Positions 25,298-37,907 are shown, numbered from the whole stretch's first letter. The stretch is DNA of 62,495 bases, filler included, from Rhabdomonas costata (GCA_019059605.1; 40 parts of 40 records of this genome joined end to end with filler, not necessarily neighbours in it); one strand, 5' to 3'. The notes: a model not told the origin generated them from the letters alone. A program made the numbers and translations.

Positions 25298-26084
25298 GTA
25301 GGGTACATCCTGGGCCTGGGAGACCGGCACCCCAGCAACATCATGCTGGACAGGCTGACCAACAAAGTGATCCACATCGACTTCGGGGACTGCTTTGAGG
25401 TGGCGCAGCAGCGCGAAAAGTTCCCCGAGAAAGTCCCCTTCCGCCTCACCCGGTGTGTGTGCGTACCGGAGAGGGATTGGAGGTGTTTAGTGCGTGGCTA
25501 GTTGTTCTCGCGGTTCGCCCGGATGCCTCTTGGTGATTCCCACTTGAGTGACCTCCCAGAAAGGAAAGTACAATGATATGGTGGTCTGTTTGACAAGAAA
25601 ACCGTCCGCGAGTGGCATCTGGCGCTGGGTCCTATATCCGTCAGAAGGAGAAGGAGAAGGAGAAGGAGAGGGGGAATGTCTCGCTCGATCCTTGTTCAGG
25701 ATGCTCGTAAACTGCATGGAGGCCAGCGGGATCCACGGCACCTTCCGCACGACCTGTGAGAAGGTGATGCGGGTTCTGCGGAAGAACAAGGACAGCCTGA
25801 TCGCCATGCTGGAGGTGCCTGTGTAAGATGGCCTTCGATTCATCTGAGTGCATGTGTGTTTTGGTAATTCCAAAGATGTCTGGTACATGTGGGGATCTGC
25901 ACACCCTGGTGATTTTAGGCCTTCGTGCACGACCCCTTGATCGCCTGGAGGCTAGCTGGGGCCGCGGGGATCGCCAGAGAGGCAGCTGCGGCAGCAGCCG
26001 CGGCGGCTGCCGGGGCCGTGGGCCCTACCGGACCGCCGCTCCCCGGGAAGATCCCCAAGGAGTACGACTTCAACCTTGCCGCAG
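25298..26084 (+). CDS. TOR: Target of rapamycin kinase (PIKK domain); exons 25298-25452, 25700-25814, 25919-about 26084
   Basis: [54 protein letters not shown]...[29 protein letters not shown]; junctions in frame. Confidence 0.96.
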
Positions 26085-26725
26085 GTTCCCGCTCACAATC
26101 ACACTCACACGGACGCCGTCACGTAACTCCTGACCCTGTGCCCAATACCCCTTCTAAGCGAAGGAGGGGGAAAAGGGAAGTGATACATAGCTCCCCCACC
26201 CATAGTCGATCATCAAGCGCGCCAATACGCATGTGCACAGGGAGTGTTTTTTCGCCTATTTTTTGCACTTTTCAAAAGTGTCGTTTTCGCAGAACCCCTC
26301 TGTCTCTTCTCTGGATGCCTCTCCTGAGGGGATAACGGGATGACGACTGAGTCTCTGAGGGCTGGGGGTCACTTGCAGCCCCTGACATGGGTCGCAGGCG
26401 TTAGCACAGGAATCGGACGAGCGGGAGAGAGAGAACCGTTGAAAAAAAAAGTGGAGGTCGAGTAACCATTGACCTCCAACTCCGATGCACACACATGCAC
26501 GAACACACCCACCNNNNNNNNNNNNNNNNNNNNNNNNNNNNNNNNNNNNNNNNNNNNTTAATTAATTAANNNNNNNNNNNNNNNNNNNNNNNNNNNNNNN
26601 NNNNNNNNNNNNNGGGCCAGCACCAACTCTCACGAAACCAACACTAGCCCCAAGAGTAACAAGCACTGGCACCAGCGACAACAAGCACAGAGGAAGGCGT
26701 AAACTCAAAAACAAGGCGGAGATAC

Positions 26726-27019
26726 CTGCGCAGATTGACCGCATCAACGGATCCCCAGAATAAGAACTTCCATCGAATAAAAAGGCCCAGCTGCCGATAG
26801 CCAGGTCAGCGGTGGGAACGCATAAGCTGTTATGGGCCAAGCAAGAGTTAAGGTAGTTCAGAGCTTGGCAAACATACCACCCGTCGGAATGAAACCACAG
26901 TACAAGCTTCGCGATGGTGTGGCAATATACCGGGCGCCAGTTCTCCAGACCACAGGGGACGTACAGGCCATTAATTTCAGAGTGCAGCCCTCTCCACCCG
27001 TAGATCGTGATGTTGCACA
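26726..27019 (-). CDS. Exon encoding an aromatic-rich small domain (NGxY...NxRPVY...LW...W)
   Basis: Open frame EINGLYVPCGLENWRPVYCH...LVLWFHSDGWYV; AG and GT boundaries. Confidence 0.45.
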
Positions 27020-28512
27020 CTGACAAACGAAGAATGCGCGGTGAGCGGAAAAGACGGTGTGTGGTGTTGTTCATACTCGAAAAAAGAACGGTCCCGACTA
27101 ATCTCAGTTTCAAGAAAATCCTCCTTTTGATCGATAAGGAAAAGGAAGAAGCATCACCGACATCCTCGAAAACGCAGTCATCACTATGGTAGAATAAAAA
27201 ATCTCATAGAGCAACACCTACTTTCACGATCACAAAAGAATCAGTGCTGGCACATTGGCGTGTGAGCCCTTGAATGGCCTCTGGGCCTGGGCGCTGTAAA
27301 CCATCCCAACAAATATGAGCCACAACCATCCGTGCTGCCGGGACTGACCATGGAGTATGCCACCCAGCAAATAGGGTGAAGATAGGACGGAAATAAGTGG
27401 TCCTAACCCCCCTCCCATTTCCGATGAGGCCCGCGACGATTGCCAGGTTCCGGGGGCCGGCCAAGATCAACGAAAACGAGAAAAAGAAGGCAAAAGAATA
27501 AAGAGCACCTTTCATGCAACACTCGTCTGCAGCGGTGCAGGGATTCTGCGGACAAACCTTCAAGGTATTTGGAAACGAGGAGGGCACAGCACAGCTGGCG
27601 AAGGCGCAGGACTGATCTGTGAGAGAAGTAGCAAGACCTTTCTTATGGCTGTGCAGCTACCAAACTCACAATTGCCGCCGTCGATGCGAGGTTGCTCAAG
27701 CACAGACTCGCTTGCGAATCGAGATCCGGAGGTGCAGCTAAACTGTTCTTCTGGAGAACGGAAGCGCTTTAGCTCCTCTGCTTTTCTTCTGGGCTGACCC
27801 ATTCCCGACATGTGCGTCCTTCCTAAGCCCATCTGCCCCCATCAAGTGGCATCTATGAACATCTCAAATGCATGAGAGATAATGCTCGGACGCTTTATTC
27901 TGCTTCTTGGAATCTGCTTCTTCGTTTTTGCTAATGATCCTGCCTCATACAAAGCATAGAATAAAAGGGAGAAGTTTCTGGAATCGCCATTGCGGGCAAT
28001 AACGCTAAGCGCTAAGTACAACCTCTTGTATCTGAAAGAGATTTTTATAAAGAGGGAATTAACCCCTAACCACCCCCCNNNNNNNNNNNNNNNNNNNNNN
28101 NNNNNNNNNNNNNNNNNNNNNNTTAATTAATTAANNNNNNNNNNNNNNNNNNNNNNNNNNNNNNNNNNNNNNNNNNNNTGTGTGGGGGCCCAGGAAAAGT
28201 GTTTGCTACTCACTGGGATGAATATCGGGGAGGCCCCACCTGTGAGAATTTTCCTCCGAAAACGTCAGTCTTTTAGTTATGCCTTGGAACAAAAATTATT
28301 TAGCATTTAGCATCGCAACCAAAGAGGGTACTCCCTTTCGGTATTCGTTGTGCCCAATTCCTTTGTTTAGGATGAAACCTTACATTCACGTGGTTTGGTG
28401 AGGGTCCCGCCCCAAGCACACGTGGGGAAGGAGATATTGCTGTTTGCGGCTTCTGACGACGCAGACCTTCTTCTGAGTGTGTGGATGGTGGTGGTGGTGG
28501 TTCTTCCCACAG

Positions 28513-29585
28513 GTACACCACGTGGCTGATGAGGCAGGCTGCACCAGACGCCGCGCTGTTCTGCCTGGACCCCTTGGCGGACAGGGTGCGTATCTGGGAC
28601 TCCAGGGCGGCGTACTTCCTGGGCGACGGAGTGGCCCCGCGGCATCCTAGCGGCGACAAGGTCGGTTGGTGATGCGTGCCGCATTTGTCGTTGTTCATTG
28701 TTCTCTTGTGTCACCCATCAATGCGAGGGACATCAATATGCCCGGCAATGGGTGATGAGACTTTTGGGAGGGGGAGGGAGGGGGTCAACAAACCTGCGGG
28801 TAGACTTATCAGATCCCGCGAAATCCCAAGTGGTAAACCGGCACCTCGTGGATGAGGTTAAATTATCATGAGCGCCATTGCAGCAGTATGCTCGGGGCTT
28901 CGGATTACTTCTCTGTCCTCCAATTCCGGGCACATACGTAGAAGGCAAGCTTCCAGAGGACCGATATATCAACGCCGTTGCAGCCAGCTTGCCTTAACAT
29001 GTACATACTCGCAGACTAGGTGACTGCCGAGTAACCCACTGCCGAACTACGCTTGTCCAGAGTGAGGCCTTCTGATGACTTTGGATTACGAAGCATCCTC
29101 ACGTGCAACACGCTTTCTTTGTGGGCAGGCATCCGCTGTGAAGGCCTTTGTGGACTTCCAAGATATGCCGTGGGAGAAGCTCGGGGTGGTGCCCAATGAT
29201 ACCCTTGTACTGTTCGACGACCAAACGGACCATTGGGAGCGGTATCCTTGAGCACTGCGTGGGATGGAGAAAGAACTGTTTTCCGGGTTGTGTGGTGGTA
29301 GAGAAGTAGTAGAGAAGTCATGTGTCTTCTTAGTAAATGGGGAATCGACAAAGTAGTAGTAGTAGCAGTAGTAGCAAGTCACTAAATATTCTTTTTCATT
29401 TAAAAAAATATAAACGTATCGCTCAGATTTCGATTTGGCTTCCTCACCTCACTTTCAACGCGTACTCATCACCGTGCGTGTGCTGAACACTCAGGGTGGT
29501 GCAAATGCGCCGCTTAGGCTTTCGCTACGCCCTGTTTGACGACAATTGGTTTCCTCTTCAAGGGGATGCCTACTCTCTGAAGCAG
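28513..29585 (+). CDS. Uncharacterised class I SAM-methyltransferase-like protein; exons 28513-28660, 29144-29241, 29495-29585
   Basis: YTTWLMRQAAPDAALFCLDP | AFVDFQDMPWEKLGVVPNDTLVLFDDQTDHWER | VVQMRRLGFRYALFDDNWFPLQGDAYSLKQ; all phases join. Confidence 0.7.
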
Positions 29586-31560
29586 GTGCCCTTTCCACCC
29601 TTCCCCCCATTTTTCCATTTTTCCGGAGCACACACACACACACNNNNNNNNNNNNNNNNNNNNNNNNNNNNNNNNNNNNNNNNNNNNTTAATTAATTAAN
29701 NNNNNNNNNNNNNNNNNNNNNNNNNNNNNNNNNNNNNNNNNNNGTTTTTTGTTTCCCACAACATCCACACCGCCCACGTCAACCCCGCTACACATCGCAC
29801 CCCATTGAAGCTTTCATCCAACATCCCGTGCACACACCGGTTTTCGCTGCAGTCCCCTTCCAGTTACTCCTCAACCTTACACCCTCCAGGAGTCCTGCCG
29901 TTTGAGCTCTCTACCCGTTGGTGTACCCGGCTTCTTTTTCGCTCTCCTTCCTCGCCGTAGAGGAGAGTTTCCAGTCGGGTCTGGGCGCTTCCTTCGTCGA
30001 ATCTCTCGTCTGTGTCTTGCTCATGGCCTATAAATTCAGCTCGCCCTCCCTCCTTCCGCTTCTAATCCCGCAGATGCTTTCTCTCGTTACCCTTCTCTCC
30101 CACCCTCTTCCCCACCTGTTCTGGCGCTACCTCACTCTCTCAATTCTGTCCTGAAGCGCCCTACCTCCGCGAGAGAGGGCCCCACCTGCTGACAACCACC
30201 TCAGGGTTAAGGCTCTTAGGGGCAACGGTGACAGTGGGGCCCCCAATGCAATCTAGCCGCTCATGGTCTCGAGTGCCTTGAACCCATTCGCTAGATGTCC
30301 CAGGGGTATAATGCATGCTAGGGTATGACATAGTACGGTGTCTGCTGCGCTCGTGATATTGCCTCAACTCGGCAAACTCACTCGATAGATGTCCAAGAAT
30401 GCATAACCCATGCTAGAGTATGACCTGCCAGTAAAGCATGATGAGGGTTGGGGGGGTTCCTGCGTTCGTGATCCCGGCTTGCAACCGGACTTGCTCACTC
30501 CAATACGCTAATACATTGAAGGTTGATCGCCAGAAAGGAAAGACCCGGTGAGGGATCCAAAGCACCCATACTTATAGAAGCCATGATCCAACGCATAGGC
30601 CAAGAATACCAACTGAGGGAGTCAGACCCATACCTGCTACGCTACCTTCTCACCCCACTGCATATCCCAGATACCACTATGAGTATGAGTGCTGACTAAG
30701 GTTACGCCCATCCTACCACGTGACCACCATCTGCTCCTTCCCGATGGGGTGTCCCGATGGGGTGCAAAAGCCCGCCACCAGGATGTCGCTGCTCAAATCA
30801 TCCACATACGACGGGAAACTACCGGAAACGCGCCGTAAACTCAGCGGTCGCCGTTATATTTCAGCCAATCCAGCCGGCTGCGACCTGGCGAAGGAGCTTC
30901 GAGCCGCATGGATGCAACTGAGCACAAATGACGTGAAGTGGGGGACGCGTTGCCTCTTTCCGTCCGTCCATGTATTTTCAATACGACGGCAGGATGGAAA
31001 CTGACCACCACACAAAATCCAAAAAATTTCGCAGCAATGAGAAGACGAGGAAGCGGAGAGACTAAAGTCATTGAAGGGGTGGGGCTTACCCAGGAACATC
31101 ACAGTCTCCTCCTGCTCCCATCTTGGCTCAAGCTGAGACGCCAGAACGACCAGATCGGATGGCCCCTCGTTCCCATGTCCCGAGGCATCCGAAAGAATAC
31201 CCACAGGCNNNNNNNNNNNNNNNNNNNNNNNNNNNNNNNNNNNNNNNNNNNNTTAATTAATTAANNNNNNNNNNNNNNNNNNNNNNNNNNNNNNNNNNNN
31301 NNNNNNNNGGTGGGGGGTGTAAGCCGTCAATAATCAAAATGACACACACCCATATTTCTTTTATGGCATTTTGATTATTGACGGCTTGCACGCCCAACTG
31401 TCCCGGGTGCTGGAAAGTAATGCCTTGCGCCACTTTGTGCCGATTGCGAGTTCACTGCGTACTGGTGTGCCAGACTAAAGTGAAGGCATCCTCGACAACC
31501 GGACAACCGGGGCGTCCAGATATTCCTTCACACCTGACCCTCGTACATGTGTATGCACAG

Positions 31561-32770
31561 GTGCAGCCTAAGATGCACATCGTGACGGACTCTCTGGTGG
31601 TGAAGGGCAAGGCCGACCTGGCGCTGAAGTCTGTCCTGGCCCCGCTGTCCAAGGGTCCCCTGGCGCCGCGGCGGCTGACCGCGGAGATGGACCGATTGCT
31701 GGACTGGGAGACCACCGCCTGGGTGGACAACTCCACGCCCAGCCTAATGCGCGACATGAGCCTGTGCGTGGGGTGCACGAGGTGCGTGCGGGCGTGCTCC
31801 GACCTGCAGGGCATGGGGATCCTGGAGCCTAGCGTGGAGGAGCTCAACCAGATTGTCACCACGACCAACGGAGAGACGCTGAAGGACACGGACTGCATCC
31901 TGTGCGGGCAGTGCTCGGTATGCACCCGAACGGCAGTGGCCCGCTGTTCTGCGGCTACGGCCGCATAACGATAAACTTTTGGAGGAGGGGGGGGGCGAGC
32001 CCTTTGTCTGATGTTTAGAGAACTGAGAAGCTCTGAAATGTGACAGCGAGCAACTTTGCATGCACGACCCCAAGCGCTTCGCTGCGCCGTGAATCTGAAG
32101 CGGGGAGCCCTGGTGGCCGGTGATTCTAAGCCGCGCAATCTGTGATCTGTTCAGATCTGACACTGTGCTTGGATGCGCAACTGAGCATTCTTTCCAACCA
32201 GGTTGTCGACATGTTGTGGTTGTGATGTTTTTTGTTATTCTTGCAACCCGAAAGCCATCCTTGCAATCCAAAAAGCGTATGTGTATGTGTTTATGTTCGA
32301 ATATGCGAGTGAGTTGACGGGAAGGCATGCCTGTGTTGTGTTAGGTTAAACGTCTGTGGGCATGGTGCATTGTTTTGCCTTTCACAGGTGTTCTGCCCCA
32401 CTGGCGCGATTGTGGAGAAGGACGATGTCCAGGCAGTTATCAGTGCGATGGAGGTGATTTTTTTCGTGTCAATGCACATTTGCTTTTGGTTCACCCCGTA
32501 CACTGTCCTCATTCGCCTGCATCGTCTCGCATTTCCAAAAACTCCCCATTTGTTATCCCTCCTCCTCACCGCCCATATCAATCGCCATTTTCGAACTCAG
32601 CACTGCCCGTGAAAATAGTGAAATATCATTCCCATCAGGACATAAATAGTGCACACGATGTTTCTATTGGGCTGTGTGGTCACCTCTCCCGTCTCATGCT
32701 TTCTTCTCTCTTTCTTGCCTTGGTGTCTGCACACAGGCCGGAATGGTGGTTACCCTGCAAACTGCCCCAG
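31561..32770 (+). CDS. hydA: [FeFe]-hydrogenase fragment: 2[4Fe-4S] F-domain and start of the H-domain; exons 31561-31917, 32388-32453, 32737-contig end
   Basis: DNSTPSLMRDMSLCVGCTRCVRAC..QGMGIL..LKDTDCILCGQCS|VFCPTGAIVEKDD|AGMVVTLQTAP; two CxxCxxCxxxC motifs followed by QTAP; GT-AG introns, phase 0. Confidence 0.88.
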
Positions 32771-33127
32771 GAANNNNNNNNNNNNNNNNNNNNNNNNNNN
32801 NNNNNNNNNNNNNNNNNTTAATTAATTAANNNNNNNNNNNNNNNNNNNNNNNNNNNNNNNNNNNNNNNNNNNNCAGGTATACAACAGAGCCTTCCCTTTA
32901 TGGCTGTGCTGTCATTACTTCCGATTTTTGAAGGCACTGCGTATATTTCGCCTTCGGAAGCTGACGAGGATAACGACGCCTCCGAAACACATGAATGATG
33001 CGACTGCTGGCAGTGCGTTTAACAGGATCAGCTTAACAGTTCAGATGTGAACTGACCACCTGTCCACCACTGAGCTGATTTCCGGTGGAGTTCTGCTGAC
33101 AAGGCAAACATTTCTCATCACCGGGGC

Positions 33128-33815
33128 TCACGGCCCGGACTTCTTGCGTCTTCCCACGCCCCAGTGGATGCGGTGGGAGGTAATATCCAGGATGTCCTCC
33201 AGACGCCCGAGGAAGGCCTGAGCCCGATGGTGAGGCACCACACTGTGCCTCAAGAGGGAGGAGTACCGCGACAGTAGCACCCGGGTAAACTGCATCACAG
33301 ACTCCGGCTGTAGCATCGCACAAGCGTAGGCGCGGCGCCGTGCAACCTGCCGCTGTGCCTCCAAAGGGTTTTGCACGACCCATGAGATAGCTTCAGTGAG
33401 GTTGCCCCAGGAACGATCCACAGGTACAAAGTGCTCCCATGGCCGCAGTCCAAGCCCGTACCATTCGTCACACCTGTGCCCACCCAACTCATTCCCAACA
33501 AGCCAGTTTACAGGTTTTTGTGGGACTCAAGACTTTCAAATAGCATGGGGTGAAAGGGCAGAAACGCCACTAATGCTTGTTACTGCTGGAAATCCAATAA
33601 GGAAGCTCGGGAAATCAAATGCACTGAGTCCAAAGGTGGAAGGAAAGAACATCAAAATCACAGACCTATAAAGGGGTCGTATCATTGCGGTCCCCATTAC
33701 CAGCTCAAACTTCAGGCGGCGGCTCCATTCCCAATTCCCAGCAACGTACACACACGCGGCAAATTGCTCCTGCTGCGCCCTGTGTACACCCACCATCTCC
33801 CCTTTCGCCTCCAAG
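33128..33815 (-). CDS. Glycosyltransferase family 90 (CAP10/POGLUT-like), C-terminal exons (about 33815-33666 and 33473-33128)
   Basis: VYVAGNWEWSRRLKFEL and EWYGLGLRPWEHFVPVDRSWGNLTEAISWV; phase-2 junction in frame; TGA stop. Confidence 0.85.
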
Positions 33816-36800
33816 GTTAGCACCAGTTGCTGAGCTGATGAGTTTCGGGTCTCTGGTTGAGCATTATAGTAAGCACAACAAAAGGAACAGTTTCATTTCT
33901 AAAGCCGAGTTTCCGTGATAAACTTGACTTGATAATTCTCAACATTAAGGCGCTCAGACAAGCACTTTATAGAACAATAGGTACCATAACTGTGGTGAAA
34001 GCGAACGAAAACGACATCTGCGTTTGTTGCAGACGTCGATGAGAAAACGCACACTAGTGCCGTCTTAAGGCTTTAATTACTTGGTTACTGCTATGCGCAA
34101 CAAGAGCTGGACGTCATTCACCCCGAACAAAACAGGACTTAACGTACAATCACTTGCGAGGAGAGAATATCAGGTGTGTGTGTGGGGGGGGGGAGATGGA
34201 AGCAGACACCGGTTCAGGTGATCGGACCTCCTTAAACTGACGTTGAGCAGCGCAGCCCCAGGGAAGCTGCGATTTTCCGCCATCCTGCCAAGAATACCCC
34301 ACAGCATCTGAACCCTAACACCTCGCGAAAAAAACCCNNNNNNNNNNNNNNNNNNNNNNNNNNNNNNNNNNNNNNNNNNNNTTAATTAATTAANNNNNNN
34401 NNNNNNNNNNNNNNNNNNNNNNNNNNNNNNNNNNNNNGGGGGTGTGTTGTGCTAAATTAACTGCGAATTTGTTTCCCATGCAAATAATGAAACTGAGTTA
34501 GCCTAGTTACACCACAAAATCGAGATCTTTGTCCAAAACGCTTCGAAATGAAGTCTTTTTGGAGTGTTTTGTGCCGCTAGCTTTAGTGGCATATGCTGCC
34601 TTTTGGCGAATGTTCAAGGTTGTAAACTCTCGATTCACGGCGTAGTCTGCTAGCCATTAGTCCGTGACGATTTTGCTGTATGCGAACCCTCGCTTGTTTT
34701 GAGCATTTTTTATACACTTCTGGAGGGCTCTAAACGTTGCTTTGCTAGCCGCTTTTCGAACCATGATGTAAAACCAAAGTTGTGGCAGGGGCAGTCATAC
34801 CTATTTGTGGAAAAGCGTTCGGTCCAACACGCAAACCTAGTTACACCACGAAAGGTAGAATTTAGACCGGAGCGTTTTACACTCTTGCCGTTGTGTATCT
34901 AGAGCCGTTTGCTATGGAGGCTAATTGAAACAAAACACCTGGAACATATTCATCCCCTTTGTGCCTTCGAATCATGGCGTGATGTTGGGCTCTCTTACCT
35001 TGAAACTGGACCAATAGTTCGACACGAGCGCGATGAAGAATACCGCCATCCCGCCATACCGCCTAACAGACAGAAGAACATGTGTGTCATATTTCAACCT
35101 GGAAACAGCAGGCCCTATAGCAGAATCTCGCGACTCCATCTGCCATCAATGAAAGGTCTTGTTTTTTTGTGTCGCTGGCGCACCGCGGGCGCGACAAAAA
35201 TGTCGATTTTTGCCCCAGCGGGATTGTTTCCACATCATGTGGGGATTTGGTCCTGACACGGCTACGTTTCTGCCTAGTAACAGCTGAAAAAAGAAGAATT
35301 CTTTGGTTTTGAGTTTCAGGCGTAACGGACCCTATATTTTAAACCCTACCCTAAAACTTCCCAAAAAAAAAGAGCCGTTTCAAATACGAGAAACCACCAT
35401 AACCACATGCCCGCAAGTTTGTTCTTAAGTTTTTGCGCATCCACTTCAAGTGTATCTAAAACGGAATCCTTTGCACGAAGCCACAGCGCTAACAGAGTCC
35501 ATTACCCTTTGTTGCACGTCACAAGGTTCCGCGATTAAAAAGTGAACACTAACACATCAGGATGCGGGCGCGCTGTTTCGAACATCCTCTTAATCCATTT
35601 AATCATTAAGGCTGTCTGGTGTTTTGTCGGGGTCGCTTCGTCGCACTCACTTCGTCTCACGGGTAGGACGTCTACCCGGCAAGCACGACTGTCGTTTGAC
35701 CCTCTGAACCGCTCGAGGGCAGAATGGCCACAGAAATGAAAGATTTCTATCTGTCAGTGAAAATGAAAATTGACTGGTATCAGCCATCAAACATCTCTCC
35801 AAGCGGCCAATAAAGCTTTATCGCCCGACTGAAGACCACCAAATTAGCGGTGTGCCGCCGTTCCGCAAACGAAACTGTACAGCAGTGGTCCCACACACCN
35901 NNNNNNNNNNNNNNNNNNNNNNNNNNNNNNNNNNNNNNNNNNNTTAATTAATTAANNNNNNNNNNNNNNNNNNNNNNNNNNNNNNNNNNNNNNNNNNNNG
36001 GGGTTTGGTGACTGGGGTGTCGCGTGGCCGTTTGTAGCGCCGCGGACTGGCGACGGTTTGTAGAAACAGGTTGCCTGAGGACGCCTCTGGGCGATAGTAA
36101 GCGCAGGGTCAGAACACGTCAACTCCCACCACCACCACCCCTTCAGAGGCAGAAAAGCTGTCGTAGCATAACTCCGGAAGGAGGATGCGAAGTGATGGGT
36201 TTTGATAGCTGCGCAAACCTTTCCAAGTCAGGGATCCTTGACTTGCACGCGAACTTTTTCTACGAGTTCTTGAAACCCCGAAAAACACGAATTTTTACGA
36301 CGTTTAGCAAACAAAAGGGCAAAAAAAATACGAATATATAGGATCCCTGCCAAAGGAAGGATGATGGATGGATTTGGGACTGTAATGAGGGGTCTTTTTC
36401 TGGAATCTGCCCACAGTATCCCCACCTTCTCTCTGCTTGCGGCGAAGATATGGGTATGGTGTGATTCTCCTCCTGAGGTGAGGTGAGGCCTTCTTCGAAT
36501 TTGAAATGGAACGTTTTTGCATATGATTGTACTGTGCACTTCGATGGCACTGCTTCAGATGTGTGTACTTGTCGTGTGACCGTGGCGCATGTGGATGCAC
36601 TCCGTGGTACTCTCGACGTTTCCTGGAGAAAAGAGCTGTGGAGAAGGGGGGGGGTCGCAGTTTGTTTAACCCGCGCATTTTCCTAATTTGAGTATAATGA
36701 CGTGATTAGCAGATAACCCCCCCCCACCGTATACACGACGACCAGCTCACCTTTGCGTGGAGAACCTCTTGTGGTGTTTGTCTGCTACGGCCTTCATTAA

Positions 36801-37907
36801 TGTTCCCCAGAAAGTCCCGGGACTGGTTGTCAAGAAAGAAATGAAATTGAAGAGGCCAAAACACGCCCCTCACCCTCTGACACCCTGAAAATCTTTCCAG
36901 CGGAACATGAAAAATCGCATGTGCCCTCTCTGCGGCGGGTATACGAAACGGTGTATGGGGATGTTTTGGTGCTTCCGCCCAGACTTGTGCACGGACGCTG
37001 CCATTGCTTCTTTTGTGCCTCTCACGTCAGAGTTGTACTGCCTTCCCACTTTTTGTCCCCTTTCCCCACCTACAATGGTGGCCCCTCGATACTCTCACTA
37101 TCCTTACGGTGTTGGAGGTGCTCCATGTCTGTGTGCGTGTGTGTTTGTGTTGGACAACGAGAAAATCGGTGGGTGTTTGGTTCTTTCTGTTATTTTTTTT
37201 TGCTTGCACCATGACGTCCGCCAAAGGCCTTGGAATCCAGCAGGAAACGTGATTCGTCGGCAGCTTAAGCGTTGCAGTTTGGAAACGCGTGCCCACGTCA
37301 ACAGGTCACATCTACCCGCGCGCGCACATGTGCACTTCAGCAAGCCTGCCCCTGCCTATTTGCTTGGGGACAACCAGAACACCAGCACTTCAATAGGCAC
37401 AGCAATCAGCAAAATGGTGAGATAGAGAAGGACAGGAGCAAACCTACACCAAAACCCAAACACANNNNNNNNNNNNNNNNNNNNNNNNNNNNNNNNNNNN
37501 NNNNNNNNTTAATTAATTAANNNNNNNNNNNNNNNNNNNNNNNNNNNNNNNNNNNNNNNNNNNNGGGGGGGTGGGGGCGAGGCATTTACACTCACAGGAG
37601 TTTGGAGGTTTCAGAGGGGCTCATTCCGTGGTTTTGGGTGAAAACATGTCACGTTTTGGTCCAGTTGACACAGTTGTGGCAGGGGTTTTCTGAGAAAGGG
37701 TTTTTGACGTTGCGAGCCGTGAGGTACAAGTTTTCAACGATTTGCCGTGGTCAAGCTCAATCATACTCCTTTGAGTGGAGACATTGTGTGCGTTGACTGT
37801 GGTTCTGACCCCAACCTGTCTCATCCATGCCAGCGTTGGCTGTCATGGCTCCAATTCAATCATCCATTCAAATCATTTCAGCTCAGCCTCTCTTTCCTTC
37901 CCCTCAG

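Noticed and set aside
30739-30764. RT-like GVPMG peptide
   Set aside because: It arises from a 13-bp tandem duplication (tcccgatggggtg x2), and no YxDD motif follows
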